The notes beneath the pieces are model-generated. The model did no database searches. It had not been told where the DNA came from and saw only the letters and a list, made by a program, of their open reading frames with translations. Source: Klebsormidium nitens (taxonomy: Eukaryota > Plantae > Klebsormidiophyceae). Taken from it: DNA of 64,000 bases. This document shows positions 12,888 to 24,272 of the stretch, piece after piece. Each line of letters opens with the position of its first letter. Position 1 is the first letter of the stretch. Made by a program: the position numbers and the translations under genes. Where the stretch lies: assembly GCA_000708835.1 (NCBI GenBank), contig DF237236.1:1-64000 (forward strand), read 5' to 3'.

Positions 12888-15800
12888 ATGTCTGGCAGCA
12901 CCGCCATTGTGCGCAATGCAGTGGTGACGGCCTTCTCTGCATTGACTTCTCACAAATTAGACATTAGGGCAACAGAACAATCGATTCTATCTTCCTCTTG
13001 GACACGGAGGTCCATCAATCTTCAGAGCCTCGCTCTAGTCACAGAAAGGACCAAGGGTATTCGTTGGATCCAAGCAGTGGCCATGAATCAAGATACAGAG
13101 GGCATGCGCAATGCAGTTCAGCAACCAAGGCCTCGTGTTCTTGACAGCCATTTGCACGTGTGGGCATCTGAAGAAGAAGTGAGTGAGCCGTTCATAAGAA
13201 CTGTAGTGACTGCTATGGCTCTTCAATTTGGCACTAGTATCAGCTTTGAATGTAAGCTCCTGTCCTGACACTAGGAACCCAACTTTGAAAACCACCTGCT
13301 CCGCACCCATACCCACCGTAAAACCCCAAGCTAACCCATCCGTTCCAGGTTGATTAGGTTCTTGCGCTCAGAGCTTATTCTTCTTGAATTGAGATTTGTT
13401 TGAGTGCCAGCGACTTTGTACCACCATCTCCACTAAAGGCGTGGAGAAGGCGCTCTGGAACGCCTAGGGCCAACAGCCTGCAATATCTAGATCCTTGTGT
13501 TCTGAGGGAAGGGTTTCCTTCAGATTGTTTCTCCTGGCATGGCAGTACAGAGGAATCCTGCACACAAATTGTAATCTTGGGGCAACCGTGTCTGAGAAAA
13601 CAGTCGGGCCCCTTTTGTATGTTGAGACCGCACTCAGTCCAGCAGGCCTGATGGGGCCCCTGCCAGCTTTCTCACCACCACCACAGCTGTGGGACTAAGT
13701 AGCTTTTGTAGGCATCTCAAAAGAATCCAAAGCTTACTGGCACAAAGAGCCCTAAACCTCGTTCAGCAGAAACTTGATCTGGAACGCAACACTTAGGTGC
13801 GCAGATGAACAGCACTGTAGTGCGTAATAGAAGTCCGCGGAGAACCTGTGCTGACTGCGATTCTTCTTGTTGCTGCATGCAGTCAAAAACCTTCCCGTAC
13901 AACTTGAGTCAGAAGCCGACTATTCCGGGCAACACAGATCTTCTTCTCCAGGTGATCATCAACTTCATGAACTCGTCGCTGCAAGCAAGACTACCTCTCA
14001 ATATAGCCGCAGTCAAGAGTCATCACCATGTCTTCGGTGGTTCGAAATGAGGGCTCGTCTGTACTGATAAGACCAGCTAGACTGTGCTTCAATGTGGCCT
14101 TGCAAATCCAGTAGGCGCAATTCTGCTCCCAGATCGAGCTGCTAGTGCTGTCACTCACCGCACAGAGGAGCCAAAATCCATGGCACCAAATCGATCAGGG
14201 ACTTTTAGAAAGGGGAACTGCGGCCTGGCTTTCTTCTTCCAGCTCAACCATGTCGATCAGGAAGGTTTTCCGCACCTAGGAGTTCCCCGAAAGAAACTAA
14301 TTGCACAAAAGTTCTCTTTGACTGCAGGAGATGGACGTGGCTGGGGTAGATGGAGCGCTCATCGTCCAACCGTTCGATCACAAGTTCGACCACTCTTACG
14401 TCAGCAGGTCTGCTTCTCCTCGTACAATACTCGTTCAAACCGCAGAGTTGCTGCAACGAATCGTTCTTTTGAGCATGTAACGATGTGTGTGTCCACAGAG
14501 CACTTTTGATGATCAACCCCGTCTTTGACGTGCTCAGAAACCGCTCTCCATTTTTCAGCTTGGTCGCTTGGCTCAAACATCTCGGAGCTAGACTTACAAT
14601 TTGCAACGAATGGGACCATCAAGGGCCAGAACGTCCAGCATGTCTGCGATGGAGCACGCCGGGCGACGCCATGCGCAGACCTTGCTTTTCCTGTTGAAAC
14701 GCTGAAAAGAATCTTTGAAGACAAACTGACATTATGTTTTTGAAGCACTGCCCTCACGAAGCATTCGAACAAGTTTGTCTTCTTTGTCAGGGTCTTTCAG
14801 CGCCTGACGATTGCATGCGGAGACCTTGCTTATACTATGTGATTTTGACGAGAATCTTCTGAAGCTAAAAACTGATGTCATCTTTTCGAAGCAGTGCCCT
14901 CAAGAAGCATCCGAACAAGTTTGCCGGCTGTCTCTTAGCAGACCCAACCCCGGGTGGCGGGGGCACTCGAGAACTAGAGCGACTCGTTCAAGAGGTGAGG
15001 GCAAGAGTCCTTGCGTAGACACCTCTCCTAGCTTTTTTAAACCCTCTTCTCGCATAGGATGAACGGTGAAAGCATGTTTTCAAAAGAGGCGCGCTTTGTC
15101 TTCTTGGCGTGCATTGAAGACACACTGTGAAGAGTTTTCAACTGTCAAGAAAGCTTTGGACAAGCACTCTGATCGTGCTATGAAAACATCCAAGTGCTGG
15201 GCATCACCTGCTATGACGATGAGACGCATTTGTCTGAGCGACTCAGCCAGGTCAAGACGGACTGTTTCACGACTGAATTCCAACTCTTCTCTGAGTGACG
15301 CCCTTTCTTCTCAGGATGGCTTCAGCGCAGTTCGTTTCAACCCGTATCTCTGGCCGGCAGGAGAACAGGTAAGCTCTCGACCAGCTGCGTTGTCGGGCAG
15401 AGCTTTGCAGGTCTCTATCTTTGTTCTGCAAAGAGATGTTTACTTAAACACGTTGCTCAAATGCTCACGGGTCGCCGTTGCTGCTTCTGGTATCCACGAA
15501 ACGTTTTACGTACGCTAACTTTGAGGAGCAGAATGAAGCCTCTCGTTCTCTTGTACAGATGACGAACGATATTGGGCGAGCCATGTTTGCAAAAGCCGGC
15601 CAGCTAGGGGCTCCAGTGGGGTTCATGTGTTTCAAGGTGATTCTGCTTTGTTCCTTGTTGACGCCCCCTCTAATGACGTCGTCCTCTATGTCAGAGGTTT
15701 CTCAGTTTTGCCGCTACTTCGAATCGCATCTGCTGGGTCTGAGTCGAGATGCCAAATTTGGACGGCCCCCGGTTCGGACAGCGTGAGGTGTAAAGACATA

Positions 15801-17867
15801 ACTTACGACGTCCTCAGCTAAGTTGAAGGATTCCAGGTGCTTGGTCCATTCTGATTCGGGATAAGATAAGCTGAAACGAAGTGATTTGAGGCAACTGAGA
15901 CACACGCTAGCTCGAGGATGTAGCGCACGCAGAGGGCGCGCATTATCCTGGCGGGACATTAGAAAAGTTCACCAAAATTTCATGTTGCCTTTCTTTGTAG
16001 CCGACACGTCTCGTTTTGAAGCGCTTTGTAGACTCTTATATGACCTCACGAGTACCCTTGCATACGCATCGAAGAGCAAGTTCTGATTGGGGAGGCGTTT
16101 GCAATCTGCAACGGTCGGCACACCACCCCCCGGGTTACGAGCAGCTAAACGCCCAGTTCCTTATCGGCGGCGCAGCCAAATCCCAGTTCCTTATCAGAAA
16201 TAAGCAGATGGTCAACTCTGGCTGCGTGAGATTGGACTTTAACACTCTTTGCTCTTCATAAAATCGACGTTTACAAAGAGGTCAGCTATATCTGCCCGAA
16301 GCAATCGGCCCTTTTTCCTTTTTCGACGCCATAGACGTGACTTTAAGATTGTATGTACCGCAGGGGTTGCATCTTCACATCGACGACATTGAGGCATTGT
16401 GTAGGGACTTCCCAGAGACGAAAGTTTTGCTGGACCACTTCGCATTTACCAACCCTCAAAGGTGAGGACGCCGTAATCAGTCGATTGCTGAAGCTCCCCA
16501 CACTAGAGTTGGGTCGCTTTGTCCGGAGTGACCCTTAGCCCTCAAGTCACCCATCCCGATCTTGGCCCATGATACTCAATGCGTGCCTCATAATTCTTGA
16601 AATGATATAAGAACGTCATCGGTCCCGGCCGTGTTCTATTTTCCGCACCTGTAGCGCGGCTGCAATGCCTACCCAGGTTTTCAATCAGGTGATCGATGCG
16701 ATTTAGCGTAGCACATCGCGGCCTGCTGCACTGGCGTTGTTCTGATCTTGTGGATGCCTGTCCTTGGCAGGTCGGAGCAGGAAACCACGATGTGGGACCG
16801 GCTCTTGACCCTGTCGCAATATCCCCAGGTAACTTTTTGCTTCGGTGCGGTAGCGAAACCGTGGCGCTTTACCCCTGATGCCTGCAAACCAGAGACTCGT
16901 TGGTGTCAGCCGTCTCACATCAACAGCTTTAGCGAAGCCGGGTTGTACGGCGGACTCTGGTACAACCAAAACCTCTCTGTCAAGGTTCAACGACTCGACA
17001 GCAGGTTTCTCAGTTGTAACACAGATTCGGTACAGGAACTACAACCAGATCAAAAGTGACAAGATGAAGCTGAAAGCAAGCTTCCAACAGTACGGTTTAA
17101 CATATAGTGCTTGTTTCCCTGCCGTCGAGCTGTCCCGATAGTCTATTTCTTGCCTAAACGTTATTTCGACGGTACGTTTTGATTCAGGTGTATGTCAAAC
17201 TGAGCGCCTTCTTCCGCGTTTCCAAAGAGGAGTTCCCGTACCGAGACACGGTCCCCATGATCCGCCAGCTGGCGGACGCGTTTGGCGCCAGGCGGCTCTT
17301 GTGGGGAAGGTGAGTCTCTTCACCCTACTCTCTTTCGCATTTGAAGTGGTTGGTGTTGCCCACTGACCTTGTGCGGTGTATGGGTCTGGAGGAGCGCCGG
17401 TTTCGTAACGTCTTAAAAAAGCTACCACGTAACAAGTATCCGGTCCCTTTGGCGGGTACCACTGCCTTCTGAATCAAGTCAAGGACGCTCATAAGCAAGA
17501 TGGCCGTCAAATATTTGCATGCGGGACGACGAAAAGTACGTCCTCTGCGGCACAGTCGGACCTGTGTTGCGCGTACTCTACGGAACGAGACAGGTTGCTG
17601 TTCAGTGTGCCTTGCATGAGATCCTTTTTTATGAATGACTGATGCGCATTGAACGTTGCTTTGGACTGAAGACAACAAAGGGTTCTGCATGCGAAACACA
17701 CCGATATTTTCCTTTTTTGCAGCGACTTTCCGTACGTGACGCAGCAGTGCGGCTACACAAAGAACTGGCAGATTCTAGATGAAACGGACGTGTTGAATGC
17801 GGAAGGGCTAGAGCTGGTAAGAGGCGAAGCGCTCGCAGCGCTCTTTCCAAGCAAATGGCAACGGTGA
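12888..17867 (+). CDS. Amidohydrolase-family (TIM-barrel) protein with a probable N-terminal transit peptide, 364 aa
   Basis: Exons 12888-13178, 13883-13951, 14328-14407, 14895-14994, 15315-15368, 15559-15636, 16364-16461, 16771-16828, 17188-17309, 17723-17867 are phase-consistent. Motifs: VLDSHLHVW (HxH), GVDGALIVQP, VRFNPYLWP, VLLDHF, VYVKLS, LWGSDFP. The S/T/R-rich N-terminus suggests organelle targeting (inference). Confidence 0.9.
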
Positions 17868-18867
17868 CGCTTGTTGGCGCTCTGTCCAACGCGCAGTGTT
17901 TTGCGGGCGGCTCACCTGCTCGCTCTTGACGAGCCCAACGAGCGGATATACCAGGTTGCTTAGTCAAGTAAATCGAGGAGCAATCTGGCAAAGACAGACC
18001 CATGTTTGCAGCTTGCGAGGGATCCAACTAGCACTGAAGCGGAACATTGCCACAGCTTGCATGACCACGCCCTGCAGCCGACTACATGCATGCTGAGTTT
18101 GTGCAGCTACACATTCGCGACGACTTTATGACGTGCAATGCTCATGTTTCCCGTTGTGCACCAGCGCACTTACAGGTGCTCGATTTGAGGAGAATCAAAA
18201 CGTTGGCGCAGAATTAGTCATATTGCACAATCGTCGAATTTGTGCAACTTTTCCATTGAAAATGTTCATGCCTACTCACTGTGCCTCCAGAGAGCAGCTA
18301 GGGCCGCAAACATAATAGTGAGCTATAGGGATGACGTGATCGCGCTGTGAATTTGTAGTTTTCCATGCCAGCTCGAACTCATAAGCGGTCGGTTGGACAG
18401 CGTGCAGCGCGCGCCAGGTGACTCTGCGTCATGGCTACAGTGGCCTGCATTGCCTAACCCCGCAAGCAGACAGCCAGCCGACAGGCACGCAAACTTCTTT
18501 ACAATCTATGCACAGTGAGAATCTTGAAATGATCAGCTACATAGCCTGGCTTATGTGATGCATGCAACATGCAACTGCACGATAGTGACAGCATGCCTCC
18601 AGGTTTTAAACAATATGTATTGGAGGTCAAATCCATTCAACGACAGTCTTCAAAGTTGTCTTTCGCTGTTGCTTCCTCGGCCTCTCTGTTCGAAGCATGT
18701 TGCTTCCAAGTTTCCCTAATATGGGCTGCTAATCTGGACCCTTCACCACAATTGTTCCACTTACCCTTAATATACAACATTATAAACCCGGCAGCTCCCT
18801 TAATCAGCTGAAACTTAAAACCAGCCCGTTGCACATTTCCACCTTGCCAAATGCGCCCCCCCCCTTA

Positions 18868-21800
18868 TCAAAACGCCGCCGCCATAAGATGCGGCGTCGG
18901 CTTCAAATCCACGTTCCCATACGGCTCCTCCTGCTTCACATCAATGTAGTTGCTCGTCTTCAAAACCAGCACTTCAAAGAACATCTTGGCCGCCGTCTTC
19001 CTCCCGTACCCCTCCAACAGCCCCTCCAGCGGAACGCTCTTCTTCTCCCCCCCTTCCCGGAACACTTGCTGCAGCCTATTGGCGACCCCCCTAGTGCGGA
19101 CCGACCAGCCCTTGACCCCCCCGGCAGCGGCAACATCTTCTGACGGAGTATCCCCCTCTGCCACCTCGCTCGCTTCCTCGGTCGTTTTACCGGTGAGCAA
19201 ATCCTCCAAACCGGGATAACCCGCAGCCTGCTTTTCCTTGTTGACATTCTCCCCGGGTAGGTACGGCGCGGTGTCGTCCCAGTTTCCGTCGGGCATCGTG
19301 TGGTCGTAGTGATCGTCCGTAGGGACGTAGTCGTCGGTCATGGGGAAGTCGTCGTGGAGCGTGGCCGGAATTCCGTTCTCCTTGGGGGACGGCTCGGGGG
19401 GGGCCTGATCAGTTTCTGCCGGAGCCTCCGCATCTGTAGATGGAGTAAGAACCGTTTGTTGGGCGACTGCGCAGTATTGTGAGTTGAGCAGAGTTTACCA
19501 CACCTTCTTACTGCCCTTCTGGTGCCCTTGAGTGGAGTACAAGTAGCCTGGGCAGCCTTTGTTGGCATTGAATGGTCAGAAGGAAGGATGAAAACAGGCC
19601 GTCAATTGCCGATTGGTGCGCTGAATTGGCTGTCTTTGTCGCCTCAAGTCTGCTGAAAGCTCTCCTCGTCTTTTAAGACAACAACACGATTCGAAACGAG
19701 CGACGTCAAAATGAATGTTGAACGTCTACGACTGTGGCGTCCCAACGAGAAACAAAAACACATCAAACGTCCTAGCCGTAGAAAACTGTTGACCGATTCT
19801 AGACAACGGCTTGCACAAGCTCACCTTTCTCCTCCTCGCCCTTGTTCTCTTCCGCCCCCTTTGCTTCCTCTTCGTCCCTCGCTTGTTCCTTCCTCGCTGC
19901 CTCCTCAGCTTTCGCCTTATCATCTGCTGCGCGCCGCTCCTCCGCCTCATTGGTTAGCGGCAGGAAATCGGGTTTGCCCTTAACCAGCATCCCGCGGACC
20001 ACGGCCTGCAGCTCCAGACCCAGCCCACTGACAGCTGGCATCCGCATAAGCGCCTCCAGACCGGCCTGCAAGAACACCAGGGTGCAAAGTAGGTTTCAGG
20101 AGACTTTGCGCAAAATGCAAATTGATGAGGTGTGTTTTTGGAAAAGTACGAAGCAGGTGAGCTTGCTTCGCTTCGTTCGTCCAAAATGAGGTTAGAAGAG
20201 GTTCTCTTGGTGTGGCCTGGATTAGGGGCGGGTTTCGAGCTAGACTGATGACGACGGTACGAAGGTAAACCAGAAAACGGGGCAGGTGTACGTACGAAGG
20301 GCGGCCTGTACACCTAAAGATAGCACGAAGCTTCTAAGATGGAACGGGAAGAAAGTGACGAGGAAGAGAAGGATTGTGCAAAACATCAAAGGCTGTCGCC
20401 CCAAAGCTGTCAAAATGGTCTAACACTGTCGTGTAGAAAGCTCACGCGACTTCACAAAGCTCCTGAACAGTTTAATAATGTGCTGCAGTTAGATAATGTG
20501 CTGCAAAAGCAGGTCTGCCTATCCAGTCAGCTGGTCTCCATAACCTTCAACTATGATCCAAAGCGCAACGAAGAATTGAAGCCCCCTCGAGCAGAGTTTA
20601 AAGTCTCATAGTTGCCAAAAAGACTGCAAGCTGGGTTCGACATGCATGGCTTGCGTTTTTGACCATGACCCAAAACGTGTCAGCCAATCCGATTACCAAT
20701 CCAGAACCCCATGATTGCTACTAATGCAAAATTCCGCAATTGCCACAAACCTGAACCGCATAACCCACCTGCGTGCTGGCCTGCAGCCGGATTTGGCGTC
20801 CCGTGTGCGGCGCCCGCTTCCTCGGCCGCACCAAATCTCCCGGGTTCTTGATCCTCCTATCCATCTCCGCTCCCGGAATAACCGTCTCCTGGTCGAACAC
20901 TACTCTATCCACCTTCCTCCTCTTGGGGGTACGTTTTGTCTGCGTGACGTCCCCCCCCGCCGCGGGGGTCGCCAAATCTTCCCCAATTGGGGTGGGGAGC
21001 ATTGCGTCCCCGTTCAGAAGGAGGTCTAGAGAGTCGCGGCCCTGGGCCGGCTTTGGCTGCGTGTCGAAATCGGGTAGGGGGGCCTCGGCGTCCGCGCTGA
21101 GCGGTACGGTGTCGTCGTCCTTGTCCATGGGGGTGGGGGCGAGGGGGGTGTCGAGAGCCGGGAAAAGATCTTGATCCTGCCGATTACAAAACAAGAGGTC
21201 AGGCAGCGAAGCAGATGCCAGTGCCTTTTTTCGGGGGGCCTCGAATTGTCAGTACGCAAGGTAATGTCAATCGCATTGCCTCAAATAGTGTTTGCAGAGT
21301 ACTATCTTCCATAACTTCCGAGCATATTCAGCCAAACACCTGCGCCTCACCTCTGCCAAGCTACTCAAAGAAACGCCCTTCTTCTGAAAAACAGAAGCTG
21401 CCAGTCCCTCGCTCAGCCTCGAACTCCGCAGATTCTGAACCCCTGACTAGATGCCCCATCTGACACCCCAGGCAGAAATCCAATGGACAAGCACAGATTG
21501 GCAAGGAGTGTACAAACTTTCTGCTAGAATCAGCTAAAGTAATTGGAGCACGCCTGCTGTCCGCTTAGTGCCTCACCTCTTGAGCCCCTTCTCCTGTCGG
21601 AGCGCTCCGCATCTTCTCTGGATCCATGTCCATGGGTTCAAAGAACCCCGCGTCATCCTCGAAGCGCTCTGCGAATGGGTCTTCTGCGGGGGTCGCCACG
21701 GACCGGTTGACCTCAACAGACCTGGGGGTGGCTGCATTCGGGAGGAGGATCGGATTGCATCAGTGGTGAACATAAACAAATTGCGCATAAGTGGGCATTA

Positions 21801-23264
21801 TCTTCTGCACCAATGCTCGAATCCCATGATTTGATTGTTCAAGGGATCAGCATATGTCAGGGGTGTTAAACGGAAGTGGCCCATGCTCTGCCTTCTGGTA
21901 GCTGCATCAACAAAACCTGGAGTTGCTCTCTGCTCTGGCTGATACAAGGAGTCCGAGTGTTTACCAAGAATGCTCCTAGAGTGATCGCCAGAATCTTTGT
22001 GCCTCAGATCCTTGCAATGACTAGAACCGTTAAGCTCATCAACTTCTTGAGTCAGCCAACTCTGGTAACGTCCACCAAAACCGATTCCGGCCCTCCCAGG
22101 ATTGCTTGAGTCCACTAAAAGATTCCAACAGCTGGGCATTGAGTTTCTGAACTCTTCAAAGATGACAGGTGGCTGAGACAAGGGGTAAACTTTCCGAAGG
22201 TGCAAATCGCGTGAATTGACTCAGCAAAAGGAGCTAAGTGCAATGGAAACAGACGTTGCTGGTACTCATTAGTTGCCAAATCATCCAGCGCACAAACACT
22301 GGCAGAATCATATTGCATGCTCAAGAAGGATGGGTAAGGGAGAAGCATGTGACCCAGAGAGGTAGACATTTGCAAAGAGGAGAATCTAACGGTGAGGCTT
22401 GCAGGGCAGACACTCAAAGAAGCACACCAGTAAGACCAAGAACAAACAAAGAGCCAGCGCATGCCACAGCTGGGAGGGGTGATTCCTGTATTCTTGCGCC
22501 AGGCAATCATATGCCATGCAGAAAATGTCAGACAAATTTACCAAGGAGCATCTCAGCCCCCATCAAGACATTACCCTCCTGAGAAATCTCAAAAGCAGCC
22601 CAAGCACACCAAAGCAGCCCACCGGCATTCAACAGCCTGTTATGCCCTCAAAGCCCCCACTCACAAACAAAAGCACACAGGAGAAGCAAGCCCAAACACA
22701 GTGTATAGGAACGAAATACTCACCGTCAAACGGCCCAGCGAAGTCAAGATCGTCGACAGGTGGCAGCTCCTCGTCATTGAAATCGGTAAACGGGTTATCC
22801 AAAGGCTTGTCCACAATTGTAATGTCCTCCGGTCTGGACACATTCTTGTTCTGGTTCTTTCTGGAGAGCAGCGGCGTCGCGTAGATTTCGCTGAACGCCT
22901 CCAGGTCTGGCAGCACGTACTGGTCAGGCAGCGTGACGTCCTCATACCTCGCAACCGCCTGCTCCTTTGGCAGGTCGACGTTCCCCTTCTTATATGCCTG
23001 CTTCAGCTTATCCAGGGCAGTCTCGCAGTTCTCATACAGGTAATTCACCTTGCGGTTGAAGATCCTAGTGATCCCCAGCAGCAGATGACCGGACAGTCTG
23101 AGCGCGAGAACTTTTTGGAGGTCTGCGCTCAGGATGGCCTCCACGGAGACCGTAATATCGGTCTCGAGGACTTGGTTCTTCCGCAATTTGCGGTCCAAGT
23201 GGGCGGCGATCCATATTGTGCCCAGGGGCCCCTTACGGGCGAGGATGTCATGCGAGTAAAACAT
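18868..23264 (-). CDS. RAD21: Cohesin kleisin subunit RAD21/SCC1, 636 aa
   Basis: N-terminal MFYSHDILARKGPLGTIWIAAH...LALRLSGHLLLGITRIFNRK and C-terminal winged helix RKTAAKMFFEVLVLKT...QEEPYG. Exons 23264-22724, 21731-21577, 21176-20769, 20065-19825, 19433-18868 sum to 637 codons. Confidence 0.95.
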
Positions 23265-24272
23265 CGCGACTGCCCACTGAGCTTTTTTGATTCGTTGCGC
23301 TCCTATTGAACGGACGAGATACAAAATGCACCGCCCACTTAACCTGTCTTATTATGTGGCTGGACTCCTTGTGTGCACAGGCTTCTGCCAACAATCAACG
23401 GCGTCGCATGCAGAGCTCAAGGGGGAAAGCAAACTTCCAAACTAGGACGACAGCCGTACTAAGGAAAAAGAAACAATGGCGTCTGCTCTAACACTACGAG
23501 CGCACCTGTGCGACAAACATTACGTACCTAGGTAGAAGCCCTGAATTCTTTGCTCAATGCTGACATGCGCTACAAGAGCCTGGTCAAGCCCACGTCAAAG
23601 CTTTGCATGTGCTGGTCGACGGGAAGAATGTTTGAACAGGAGAGCTTTTCAAAGTTTCGCGCCTGTTTATATGCATTTTCAGGGGGGTAGAAGGCATGGG
23701 TACGGACGGCCCCCTATTTTACGCAAAGGGGGATTGCAAACTTACGCGCTCATGCGCGTAGTACATCTGCAAGCCATCGCGCGGCCGCCGCCTCCCCAAG
23801 GCGGTCGCGCGCGCCGGTGGCCGCCGCAGAGGTCTTGCATGGTGGCACAGGCCGATTACCTACACTGACAGCCTGCATGAGGCTACAGGCTAGAGGAAAT
23901 TGAATTGCAGGAAGCATTTTGTTGGAAAGGCAAAAGGTGGAAGCCCTTCGTTGGCTACCTATGCATCAGGGTGAAAGGCGGGCCAGCCTGTTCATCATCA
24001 TTCAGGGCACAGACCTGGATGCGCCGCGGGCTAATCAACTTAGTATGTGTCAGCTGAGTGCATGCAGCAAGCCCTGAAGCCACGTGAAATCCATAGAAAG
24101 GGGCCACCATACATTCGAGATCATTTCACGGGTCGCTCAAGGGGGGACCACTGCAATTCCTCTGGTGGTTCCCCCCATCAGCATCAGATGCCAGAGCAAC
24201 AAACGAAAGTTTAGGTCCCGGTGCCTGGGGTTGCTCGCTCGATCCAGACTCTTCATTCTGAAAGCTCTCACA

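Noticed and set aside
22461-23309. 282-aa plus-strand ORF
   Set aside because: Antisense shadow of RAD21 exon 1; no recognisable motifs.
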